A stretch of 64,000 bases of DNA, taken from positions 11,780,001-11,844,000 of the forward strand of contig CATNEN010000039.1 of the NCBI GenBank assembly GCA_950097015.1, read 5' to 3'. A program made the position numbers and the translations under genes. Shown here piece after piece: positions 13,501 to 24,200 of this stretch; position 1 is the stretch's first letter, and each line of letters opens with the position of its first letter. Under the pieces are notes generated by a model. It had not been told where the DNA came from. It did not search any database and was given only the letters and a program-made list of their open reading frames with translations. Origin of the DNA: Macrostomum hystrix (Eukaryota; Animalia; Platyhelminthes).

Positions 13501-14319
13501 CTCACGATCAGCGCTGAGTTCTGTCAGGCGCCCAACTTCACTTGTTTGCTCAGAAATGACTTTCTCCTGACCATCAATGATGCGCTCCTTGTCTTTGATG
13601 GCATGTCGCAGTGCAAAAGCTTCATCTGTTGTCTTGAGCTTTCGATTCATCTGCTGCTCAATGTACCGATTGGCCTCCAACTCGCGCTCCTTGACTCGAT
13701 TCTCGGCTCTCAGATCGCTCACCTGCTCCTCCAGGCGACGCTGTCGGCGATCTCTATCGCGGTCCAAGTCACGAGTGTCCGTCTGTGCATGCCGCCGAAC
13801 CAGAGGAGCAGGCTGGCGAGCACTCGATTGACGCAACTGTCGGTCGAGCCAAGGCGATGTGCCGACATGCGAGGACTCAAACGGTCGTTCCGCCATGTGC
13901 CTACTTCTGTCGGGATAACCGCCCGTGTGGCCCTCTGGGTCATTCTCGTCGTAGTCTTCGTCTAGCATTAGCAGATTGTCAGCAGCAACGTGACCCAGCG
14001 AATCAGCGTCACCAATGTGATTTGTGTTCGGCCAATCAGTCGCTTCTGGAGGCAACGTCGGGCTTGTCAGGTAAAATCGGTCGGCGTCATTATAGCCGAT
14101 AGGTGGTGGCAGGGAATCCGAACGAGCCATTCCGCCATGGAGTGCGTGCCGATGCTGTCGCTCCTGCAGTGTCGGCTTCCTTGGAACTGGCGGCGGAACT
14201 GGCTTATTCTTTGGCAACGCTGCTGGCTGTTGTTTCTGGAGCTGCTTCTGCTGTTGCTGCTGCAATTTCGGTTGCCGCTTAATTGACGGCGCCCTAGAAG
14301 TGGTGTTTTTGGTAGCCAT
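10561..14319 (-). CDS. RIMS-binding-protein-like protein (long coiled coil, SPRR-repeat region, FN3, C-terminal SH3), single exon, 1252 aa
   Basis: Uninterrupted 3.76-kb ORF. FN3 (PPVNVRA...VLVEWDTP...GYKVFIND) and a RIM-BP-type SH3 (ALYDYQPGLNSPS...ELELHRGDDVTTFG...DGMYNAEVNGKRGLVPAQYL). Confidence 0.8.
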   Translation of the reverse strand: MATKNTTSRAPSIKRQPKLQQQQQKQLQKQQPAALPKNKPVPPPVPRKPTLQERQHRHALHGGMARSDSLPPPIGYNDADRFYLTSPTLPPEATDWPNTNHIGDADSLGHVAADNLLMLDEDYDENDPEGHTGGYPDRSRHMAERPFESSHVGTSPWLDRQLRQSSARQPAPLVRRHAQTDTRDLDRDRDRRQRRLEEQVSDLRAENRVKERELEANRYIEQQMNRKLKTTDEAFALRHAIKDKERIIDGQEKVISEQTSEVGRLTELSADRERLVMQLQSEVDNLERVLAAQRALREGERLQSVSEELDRVKDELATAGLETDALRNELRNLQGTLSRKEREVKSKEDRLSQLANELASANQTIGGLRNELTVAESHAKAAEREAKLLREQNQQLSDVRERCRNLQDEKAYMAEAVRTLEGKVAQLEAVKKDKEVLDGLVADLKSALKDKNQVLKERRDLLTQTQQLRDRMKDTLADEAGMQRELSRLQEVLGELEKENQFYRDLDNDFRRLKQRYEEVDKALRADEVALAKLRPRLERLQDRCKEKDDLIRRLANELRSGGDRLPRELLQEADRNQGLFVEDYVDPMELTGTDGKQPRLSRRDAMGTSSPIAAYEPARRSTAAQAAAVQPQGPISSESNRPNPFETNQNERHNQQPRNFEDSSNPPNEPSRRNSPGRYQKHTKEKPMTHSPIRQDSRAVEPKRRESPRRGAFGPPSDSNRDQPKYEPAARQGSSPRRNDPKLRNRELNDIPEQKTYEPVRRESPNREHYHHPFEPQNYSQQRPETPRKVTSNLLDKQPVNAISQSNYYEPSDNTPSPENLRRNDPRTYHTQPRRHEEPQAHESRRQKSPRRDDPSAYERQSRNLEEPDQFYEPRHQDIQQREEPWAYSGHPRNDEEPEVHEPRRQESPRRDMRAYDRQPSNIKPRSQEPHHQKGPEVEDQRQPGNTQPQTYKPRLQESPRRELPQSSNLASQSPRGQSPVRPYETRPQSEGIRNPFTGVDQQEESVQLDPPVNVRARTLADGSVLVEWDTPQLDQLDRNRGIVVAGYKVFINDIEEQSVGSSRLTKSLVSRGIGLPVARVGVQSFGYDGEVSRMAQLDTKAEQSQQQQQQPTPPTVSALQPHWQTQSLPENDKEKQFGPEPVVRERTQPTHHQAPSQQQQQEQQQQQQPEPRSKDPPPDAHSVTPQPFVRKALYDYQPGLNSPSAFPSYELELHRGDDVTTFGPVRPDGMYNAEVNGKRGLVPAQYLQLE

Positions 14320-15011
14320 TCGTGGTTTTTTAAGTCAAGTCCGCCTCGCATCGATGCTTCAATGGTTTTTGTCAAACGTTATATACAAATCAATTAATGT
14401 ATTGATTTTTAACGCGTGCACACACAGGTCCCCATGGAGCCGAATAAAACGCGTCTAAATTGGGAAACGCCCATAAAGGTTTAAGGCTGAAGGATTTTCA
14501 GCTTAGCGAAACGACAGTCAGTGTGCGTTCACCACATGTCTCCAATTTCCTTCCAACACACGGCTTGCACTTGGCAAGGCCAAGGCAGAAAGTTTTAGAA
14601 CTTCCATTCCTATTTTTGTCTCTTCTCGGGCCAGATAATAATAAATCCCACTGCCCTCTCCTACATTATAGCTCGATTTCTCTCAGAGCGCCAAATTTTC
14701 TTCCGCATTTTGGGACAACGGGCCTCTTTTCTTGGCTTTATCTCGAGTCCTGACTGGCGGCTAACAGCTGATCAGTGCACTTTCTCTGAGGAAATGGGAT
14801 TCTAAATGCCCACAACGATTTCAAACATTTTCATGGTCAGAAATAGCTCCCGAAGATTGAGTCGGGTTTATATAGCATAATATCACTAGATTAAGTTTCG
14901 ATAGTCGAAATAAAAAAATATTTTCATTCAGTTTAAAACTCACATTATCTCAAGCTTAAAATGGAGATCCTGATCGACTTCTATGGCTTATTGTTGTAGG
15001 GGCGCCGCACA

Positions 15012-15088
15012 ACTGCTCATTGCTGTAGGGATTGTACATCTTCTCATTGCTGAGGGGGTTGTACATCTGCTCATTGCTGCAGGGGGTT
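15012..15088. repeat. Short 27-bp tandem repeat (about 3 copies)
   Basis: ctcattgctg.aggg.ttgtacatc occurs three times immediately before a SINE head. Confidence 0.7.
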
Positions 15089-15310
15089 GTAGCCTAGGGG
15101 TAAGAGCGTAGGACTCACGACTTTAAGGTTGGGGGTTCGATTCCTGACTACACTGGAAATATATGTCGTGTAGCAAAACAAAGAAATCTGATTTGCTTCA
15201 GTTCACCCAGCTGTCAAATGGGCACCAGCATTAGCTAGGGGGGTAATTTAGAGTGGGTGTGGCGTCCCCCAGTCCATGGACTGAATTGTGGCTCAATCGG
15301 GACAGGTGTA
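15085..15310 (+). mobile_element. SINE family B copy
   Basis: A-box-like tagcctaggggt, B-box ggttcgattcc, body gcttcagttcacccagctgtcaaatggg and the palindrome cagtccatggactg. Confidence 0.85.
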
Positions 15311-16061
15311 AAAAATTTTTATAATTGTTATTACATTCAATGATTCATTTTCTTTACATTAAACTGCTTAATACCGAAACTAGAGCCCGTTTTTAGTGAT
15401 ATTACTACCAAAGTATATTTTCCTGGGCTCGTGTCAACCGCTGTATTATAATTCTCATTGCAAACGGCTTTCATGCAAAAAACTAAAAAATAGGAACTCG
15501 CAATGAGAAATTGAGAAGCTACTTGCTAAGAATTTTTTAATTCGACTACTTCTAGTAGTCCAGTAGCGGTATAAACTGGCCAGAAGACATTCCAACTAGT
15601 TTGGCCTAGGCAGAGGACCTCAAGAGAGAGGACCGTATTAGCCAAAAACTAACCAGGCAGTTTTTTACTAATATAATGCGCGCATTGTCTTTGAAAAGCG
15701 GGTCCTTAGAATTGTACCAATTTTAGAGGCATTTTCCTCATAACTCTTGTTGTTTGATAAGTCACGATCTTTTTCTTTCTTGACACATTCGAAGTTTGCC
15801 TGGCAAAAGAAACAGATACAAGCTTGTTTCCGATGAGTAGCTATCGGGAAAACGGAAACTACGCTAGTAATTCAAAGAAGATTATGCAGTTTGAACTGCC
15901 GGCTTAGCTCTCACATCAAACGCGTTTGAACTTACCAAACACGTCAGGCTTTATGACGCGACTTTCTAAAGGCATATTTATCAGAGCTAATGAGCTGATG
16001 CAATTAGAAGGTCTATCCATGGCTTAAAGTAAGGTTATTGTATTTGCAAACAACTCGTTAG

Positions 16062-16335
16062 TTATATTATAGACACGCAGTCAGCGAGGAGGACATTCTG
16101 CCTCCTGAGTCCTGATTCCTGAGCACACACTCACACAGGTGTGTATATACATCTGCTCTGACTTTTTCATCGTCAGTAGTCACAGTGGTCCAGTGTACTC
16201 TCTCACTGTGCCTTTGAGGCTCGCATTCAATTGTGAAAATTGCGCAACAAGCCACCAAGCCTTCTCTCCGCAGCTGCGCCCTAAATTACGAGCATGACCT
16301 CGCCGTGGATTCCAGCTCAGGTACCTTGACCCTCT
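16062..16335 (-). mobile_element. SINE family A copy, internally deleted
   Basis: Matches family A segments (cctgagcacacac, acaggtgtgta, ctgactttttcatcgtcag, ccaagccttctctccgc). Confidence 0.8.
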
Positions 16336-16844
16336 TTCTCAATAGTAAATACTCATTTAATTTATCGATTTTAAGCGATCACTGTCACCTTAAAATTGTG
16401 GCATATGTGCAACTGATAGCTTCGAGTTTTTGTCATCAAACGATGAAATTCATGAAGACATCCAATAAATATTAACTGAATTTTCTCTCTAAAGACAGAT
16501 TCTAATTAAAATAATATAAAGCTTCCTGTCAAACACTCCAACTTGAATTCTAATGACAGATGCTTGTCGCGCACGATTAGGATGCGTGACGACCAGCTCA
16601 CCCTAGATGATTTCCAATCTCCGCCTCAAATAGCGGTGTTTTCGTTTCCTTGGTGCCGCTCAAGGACAGCACGGATTGGCCTGTCCTTGGCCCGTCCAGT
16701 TGTACGCCGTTGGCTCCCGTCTCGAGCTCTATTTAGGACTGGGAGGAAATTCCCAGACAGGGCTCTCACTCTCAGCCTGAAGGACCTCTAAGAGAACAGG
16801 TTACAGAAGCATCGCAAGTACAGTTTGTCCTCAGTTAGTGTGAC

Positions 16845-17114
16845 ATGCTACGGAATTCATCAGCGATGCTCATCATCGTTACCATCATCGCGGCTTTGAC
16901 TGTCCTGTGCCATCCTGGACGCGCCACGCCAACATCGCGCTACATCGCCGAGCTACTGGCCGACGCTCAGGAGCTCGACGGTGTCGAAGGGGCGTCCCAA
17001 TACGAATCGGATCAGCTGGCCGCACTGAGACAGCTGCTGAGCCGCTTGAACCAGAGGCAGCTCAGCAGGATGAGAAAGCGCGGCCCGGAGCTCATCATTG
17101 AGAAGCTCACGTGA
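16845..17114 (+). CDS. Secreted neuropeptide/prohormone precursor, 89 aa
   Basis: Hydrophobic signal peptide (MLIIVTIIAALTVLCHPGRA), acidic spacer, and an RKR convertase site followed by the terminal peptide GPELIIEKLT. GC-rich coding island in AT-rich flanks; AATAAA near 17601. Confidence 0.8.
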   Translation: MLRNSSAMLIIVTIIAALTVLCHPGRATPTSRYIAELLADAQELDGVEGASQYESDQLAALRQLLSRLNQRQLSRMRKRGPELIIEKLT

Positions 17115-17959
17115 CTGAGTGGACAATGAGCTCCAGACGGTGTCTGAGAGACTGGAACAACCAGCATACCTAAATTGAAACAATTTAGTTTTCACTAACA
17201 AAATCAAACATAACCAATCATGATTTGGTATAATACAACGCAGTTCATTTTAACTAAACAGCTGCTGAACATGCTTTGAGCCTTTGTTTATTGTTTTCTT
17301 TCCAATTTTTCACACATTGCTTAGAGAAATGTGAAGCACAGCCTTTTTTACGATGCAGTAGATTAGTTTGTAGCATGCACATAAGCAATGATCGACCACA
17401 GAAGCGTGTCATTTTTTATTGCATACCTTGAAGAAAAAAAGGTGATCAAAGTACAGCGCCATATAGTTTTATCCAAGGACAGGCAAGTTGGACCACTTTT
17501 TCACCTTATCTGCGAGACAAATTAGGCATCGGGCTCATATTTGCACAGCTCAACAATTCCAGAGCACTGTACTTAAGAGATTATCTGTTGGCCAAGCAGT
17601 AATAAAACATTGACTAGCGAAATCTTGCATTACCTTCAAGAAGAACATTCAAACACTCGCGATTCTGTTGGTCTGAGTACAGAAGCAGATAAATTGGAAG
17701 CATGGAATGGGAAGATGCAGACACTGTAAGTTGAGAACTAAATAGTTTTAAATCGTACTAAATCGTACTAAATAGTATCATCATCAAATTCACATTAATC
17801 CGAGAAATTTGAGACCTAGATGGACTCCGTAGGTTGGCCCAGATTTAGACATCGGATGTTTTCTGTCAGTCTCGGTGAATTTTCAGTAAAATTTCGTTGT
17901 TTAAGAAGGCAAAGTATACATTTTAAAGCTGATCTTATGGCTCTGAGATTTCAATAAGC

Positions 17960-18155
17960 TGAGATCGGCCAGATATGCAGCCGATAGGACATCGTTCGAC
18001 TGTTCAGTCCATGGACTGGGGGGACGCCATACCCACCTTTCATCAGCCCAACTGATGTGTGTCTTGCTATGGGACACAAATTGTTTCAGTGTAGTCAGGA
18101 ATCGAACCCCGGGCCTATAAGTTGTGCGTCCGACGCTCTAACCACTAGGCTACAA
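17960..18155 (-). mobile_element. SINE family B copy, about 50 bp upstream of the STRA6-like ATG
   Basis: ctgttcagtccatggactgg, ggaatcgaacccc (B-box) and cgctctaaccactaggctaca (A-box region), all on the minus strand. Confidence 0.85.
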
Positions 18156-18207
18156 GCATAGTATGTAGCCATCTAAAATAATTAATAAAGCTGAAACGCC
18201 ATTAACA

Positions 18208-21200
18208 ATGCAACCAACCAAGGCTCTGTCCAACAAGCTGTTCTCGGTGCCAATGCCCGTGCTGAGCATCACGGACCTGTTGGAGTTGATTCGAGAGCAG
18301 ATCCAGCTTCAGCGGGCCAACCTGTACAATACAACCGCTGACGAGTGCGCCAGCAACCTCAACATGACCGTTGTTTATGAATACGCGCTGATCCCTGCTG
18401 TGAGTCTGTCTGGCCAGGGGGATATTTTAAGAATTGAAAGCAGATTCATGACTGCATGACATCAGAGCTTCCTTAATTCATATCCATTGATCTTATTCAT
18501 TTCGAAACAAGCGAGCTGACTAGGCAAACAAGCTTCGCCTTGAATTAAGCCAGCTATAGATCTTAGAAAGGGTTAGTTCTCAGCTTCCCATCCAGCAAGG
18601 ACAGACATTCAATTTCCTGCTAACCCTCGGGTTTATGAATGTAACGAGGCTTGTAACTCATAGCTGAGCAAATGATGAAGACAAAACAGCTTTGAGTAGA
18701 GCAGCTGGACTCAGCACTGCAGACAGCTGATCAGCTTTATAGCCAGCTTCTGTGGCTTGGATTCTTCCGTGCCAATTATAAAATCTAGAATCTACGTGAT
18801 CATTCACCAGTCAAGAATAATGAATCGACTTGCACTCGCAAAGTTCCAACAAAGCAAATATACTTATGAGCGCAGCTTTTTCATTGCAGATACTCATGAT
18901 TCTGATTGCCTGTTTCACAGTCAAGAGAGCCGAGCTGCTGCCGAACTTTCTTAACAGACGGCCCGGACTGACTCAGTGAGTGTGCTCAGACGGAACTTTC
19001 TATTGATCAGGTGCTAATGAGCCTATCCAAATCCTAAATTTCTAAGCGAGGCAGATAGTATCCGTGTATGTAGATGCATAAAATTTGAGCGGTGAATATG
19101 GTACACACTTGCCATGTAGAGTGCAGGTGTTCCACTTAAAATTATGGGAATTGTGCGATATCCAGTACAAAGCACTTATTTTGAATATAACCTCATTGGG
19201 CGAGATGCCAGTCCTCCAGCCGCGTATAGATTGAAAGCCCTACATTTTGTAAATATGTGTAGAACGGTTTTTTAACAATTCTGTTTTCACTAATTATTTA
19301 TTATAGTAATAATTGGTTACACTTGTCCCAATCGGGCCAGATGTGCAGCCGACAGCACAGCCGCAGCTATTGCACGGCGAATCTGAAGGCTGCGTACGGC
19401 TGTTCAGTCCATGGACTGGTGGAATACCACACCCACCCTCAATTACCCCAGCTGATGCTGGTGCCAGTTTAACAGCCGGGTGAACTGAAGCAGTTCAGAG
19501 TTAAGTGTCTTGCTAAAGGACTCAAGTTGTTCCAGGGGGGTCAAGAATCGAACTCCCGACCAACAAGTCATGAGACGCTCTAACCAGTAGGCTTCAACCT
19601 CTTCCTGTTCACTATTCACTATATATTTGCTATGTGGCAGCCTTAAATTAAATACATAAAAGCGGCTTCTTTTGTGATGTACTCGTAACTTGTACATGTG
19701 ACAAATCATTTGGCCACCAACACTGCAGCCCAATGAACATCCTGGAGGACCGAAGTGTCCGCCTGTCTTACGCGTTGGCTTTCGGCATCTCCGCTCAGCT
19801 CTGCTACGACCTGCTGTTTGGCGACAGCGACCTGTTCAAGCTGCACATCACCAGCCGGCCGACGGGCCCATTCAAGTTCCTTCACGGTGCGTGATCACAC
19901 AGCATCCGGGACATTATTTGGAAAAGAGAAGTCGTTGAGAAAGATGCTATTTAACACGTTCGATATTGAAATAAACATTTCAGTTCTATACCGATTCTGC
20001 GAGGTGTGCCTCTACTGCACCGTGATGTACCCGATCTTCCTGACTATTTCGAAGAAGAATCGTGCCTTCTTCCTGATGGGCACTCTGTACATTTGGACAT
20101 TCACCGCACTGTCCATAGTTCGTCTGGCTTTGGTTGACTGCTCCGAGGTTGCAACGGTGCGTGAAATTATAATTTATTTTATCATTCTGCTCTAGTGTGA
20201 CAGCCAGACAGTGCGAGTATAATTTCTTAGAAATAACTTTAAATTCGGTCTTAAGATATGAGTACGAGTATGAGTCTCGTAAATTGACTGTACGTAAGAA
20301 ATCACTTGTAGCCCAGTAGCCCATATAGAATGTATACGACCAGTGGCAATGCGTAACGCAGCATTCTTATTCGCAAAGTTCCCTTTTTAAAAAATCTCTT
20401 GTACAGGAGACGCAGCTAACATTCGCACTGAAGTACCTTCCCAGCGTTCTGTGCTCCTTGGGCCTCAGCATCATCTTCCCCTACAAGCTAATCCAGCTCA
20501 TATTTTCCAGGCATGCAAACATCAGCAGCAGCGAATATGTTTATCAGTATGAGTATGTTCGCGATCTGTTTAAAGCCAAGGCGTCGGACCCGCTGTAAGT
20601 ATATATTAGGCAAAACTTATACTTATATGTTTAGGGAAGTTTTAATCATATTGAATATCACAAGACAGTACACATAATGCAGAACACACTAGACAGTACA
20701 CACCAGACAGTAAACATTAGACAGTAAAAACATCAGATAGTACACACCAGGTATTACTCGTTTGAAGGGGGTCGGTGGCAGAGCGGTTATCGCGTTTGCC
20801 TCACGCACCAAGGTCCCGAAGTTCGATTCCACAGCGAGGCCACATTCATTTGGGGCGCAGCCGCGGAGAGAAGGCTTGGGAGCTTGTCGTGCAATTTACG
20901 CCCTTGAGGGCCAACCTCCAAGGCACAGTGAAATTGTAGACTGCCTGACAATGAGAAAGTCAGGGCAGATATACACACCTGCGTGAGCGTATGACTGCGT
21001 ACAGTATCTGTGTGCGTGTGTGTGTGCTCAGGAGTCAGCGAAAAGGGAAGAATTGCCTTCTCGCTGGCTGCAGGTCTAGTGTCACTAAATGATGTACGAT
21101 TGCCCGCAGCCCTCCTGCAATTATTATTATTATATAATATTATTACTCGTCTGAAAGTACGCAAAAGACAGCAGGTAACGGTAAATTTAAGCCAGTTAAT

Positions 21201-24200
21201 TGTTTTAGCAAATTTTTCTCCTGCAGACTCGAGGGCAGCGACAAGCAGTCTTTACTCCAGCGAGTTCGCACGCAGCTGCGTCGCCTGCGCTACACGCGCA
21301 GAAACGGATTTCGGTACTCGCCACGTATCATCTGCACCTACACGGCGGTGGCCATAATCATCTACATGGTGACGTACAACATTGTTAACGAGGTACACTA
21401 TTGGTACGGGGTCGCCGACTTGCTACTAATTCGCATCGAAAATTTGGCGAACAAAATCGGAGGCGACACAGCCAAAGCGATTATTGAACAATTGAACGTT
21501 GTGAGGATCTACATCCATACGGTCTATGGTGAGCCAGTTGGCCGATTATTACCTAGCTAGCTAGTCGTCACTCCGAGTCATGTCAAGGTCCCGTCAGTGT
21601 CAGTTGGCAGTCAGTGTCTTGATCAGCCCCCTAAAGTTACGGCTCTATAAACGCGACCAAGCAGTTCTCGCGGTGGGTGAATGTCATCGTAGGACCTTAC
21701 CGGACAAAAGTTTGTCTCCCGCAACTTATGTCAAGTCAAAGATTTTAACCTAATTTGGGGGATTTGAATGCCGAGTGTGCAGCGGTGAAGCGCCTGGTGA
21801 AGGCGTTAAGCAATTCGTCTCCTGGGGTAGCTGTTTACATGGTTGTCATGCTGTGTCGAGTCGATCGCGTCGCTGAAAAAACATGAATCTTTCCAGTCCA
21901 TGATGAGATGAGCATGAATTTTCAGAGTTCAGAATCAAGGAAGACGTTTGTACAGTTCCATGTAGATTTTCAAAGATAGTCAAAGAAATTGACGTTTGCT
22001 AATCAGTTTCTTCGTGAAAATTTGAGCGAATTCTTGGAAGGCAATTTCGAGGAGTCAAAGTCCCTTAATGAAATTTTCTGAGGATTCAAAAGGGCCTGTT
22101 CGACGATAAGCGACTTCAAATGTTCGATTATACCATCTCGGTTGGATCCTATGAGATATACCCTAATAAATATAAATAGAAACATAATAATTCTACAGTA
22201 TATTAGGCCAAACGGCCCAAATAGATGCTGAATAGAAAGCGAATATCAGAACGTCAAAAAGTCCCTAAATTAGTGAAAAAATGGAAAACTGTGGTTTGTC
22301 GACCCTTCTGGAACTGTCGTTCCAGATGATGCGATTAATTTCGTCTGAGTGTGGCGTGATAGAAGCCTATAATACAATAATAATAATAGAAAGAGGGTTG
22401 TGGGCAATGGCACATCACTTGGTGACACTAGACCCACAGTCAGCGAGAAGGCATATCTGCCCATTTCGCTGACTCCTGAGCACACACGCACACAGATACT
22501 TAACCCAGGCATACACTCACACAGGTGTCTACATCTGCCCTGACTTTCTCATCATCAGGCAGTGTTCACTTCACTGTGCCTTGGAGGTTGGCCCTCAAGG
22601 GCGTAAATTGCGCGACAAGCCCCCATGCCTTCTCTCCGCGGCTGCGCCCCAAATGAATGTGGCCTCGCTGTGGAATCGAACTTAGGGACCGTGGTGCGAA
22701 AGGCAAACGCGTTAACCACTCTGCCACCGACCCCCTGATAGAAGCCTATATACGAGTATTCAGAAGTATTATCAATCAACTCACGTTAAAAACCGAATTT
22801 CTACCCTTTACTTTTGCAGTTTGTTTTATTGTTGCCATGACTTTCATGATTCTGCTGAACGTTATCAACATCCTGCTGATGATTATTAACTATAGGTGGG
22901 TGCTTTTATATATAACATAATCTTACTGTTTTGTTTAAAAAAACTGTAAAAATATCAATTTCATCAAAAGCTTCTCGGTAACTTCCTGATTAACAGTTGG
23001 CAGCAAATGTTAAAATTCTTGAGCACTGCAAATCAGGATGTTGGGACACATCCGGCATTTGATGCTTAACTGGCTGCCTGCTGCAGAAAAATATTGGCGA
23101 TCTAAATTATAGACATTATTGGTTGTACATGTTACATCGGAAATCCAAGCGTTGATTTCTGCTCTTGTTTTTACGCGGTGATGTCAATAGCGAGCATCGC
23201 TAAAATATATTAAAATATATCATCATGTTAATAACGTGGACGGATTCGAACCTAGTGAATAGAGCGTCCGGAATAACGACTTGAAGGTCCACCCTGAGCT
23301 TCACCCAGCTGTTAAATGGGTGCCAGCATTAGCTGGGGTAATTGAGGGTGGATGTGGCGTCCAAGGACTGAACAGCCGTACGCAGCCTTCAGATGCGCCG
23401 CGCAATAGCTGCGCCTGTGCTGTCGGCAGCAAATCTTCACCCTATAGGGGCATGTATAGTCAGTTACTTCAGTAGTATTATTAGTACGAGCGAATATTAT
23501 TGTTGTAAATAGAAATAATAGTAGCTTCATTACCCCAACAGATACTTCGAAGTAAAGCAGCTTTAATCATTCAATTCCGCAGGACAAACATTCTGAAGAT
23601 GTACGAGGGCAATTATCAATTTCTGCCCAGCCGAAAAGAAGTGACAACTGCTCCAACATTCCTACTAGTGAGTAGGCAGATTTTGAGTGTTTTAAACGAT
23701 TCAATCAAATGTTAAAAATATCTAATAATTATAATTCCTTACTTTTAAAAGGTTAACAACATGCGTTTTGGAGGCTACCAGATTACCTTTACCGCGATCT
23801 GTGAGTTCTCAAGTATCTGTACATTGGCAATATTTTATGTTAGCAAGGACCACTGGTAGTTAGCTAGAAGTAAGTACTAGTATTTTAGAAATCCTTGACT
23901 GTTAGCTTTGCTGGACTTCAAACCTAGATGCAAGGAGTTGAGGCAAAGAAACTTTATTCCAATGTGCTCAATTAAGTTCATACACTCAAAAAATGTTACC
24001 AAAACACTAAAAATATCGAATTTTGTAGTAGGCTTGTGGGCACAGGCTCATTAGTTGGTGACAATAGACCTAAACTACCAGCGAGGATGCAATTCTGCCC
24101 ATTCCGCTGACTCCTGAGCACACACGCACACAGATACCGTACGCAGGCACACGCTCGCACAGGTGTGTACATCTGCCCTGACTTTCTCATTTTACTGTGC

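Noticed and set aside
10689-14375. Numerous overlapping or antisense ORFs within the RIM-BP-like gene
   Set aside because: Shadow frames of a long GC-rich CDS with no recognisable motifs.
20767-20840. tRNA genes at A-box/B-box sequences (also about 15085, 18100, 22700, 52040 and 56760)
   Set aside because: No complete cloverleaf or acceptor stem; each continues into a shared SINE body with a tail.
21054-21070. SINE A segment gcc-t(c/t)ctc(g/a)ct-ggc resembles the HDV ribozyme P3/L3 (GCCUCCUCGCUGGC), with a nearby gcgaaa resembling J4/2
   Set aside because: The required P1.1 GG, P4 and downstream J4/2-P2 order are absent, no P2 pairing is found, and a candidate P1 does not covary between copies. 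The region is better explained by the 3' stem-loop.
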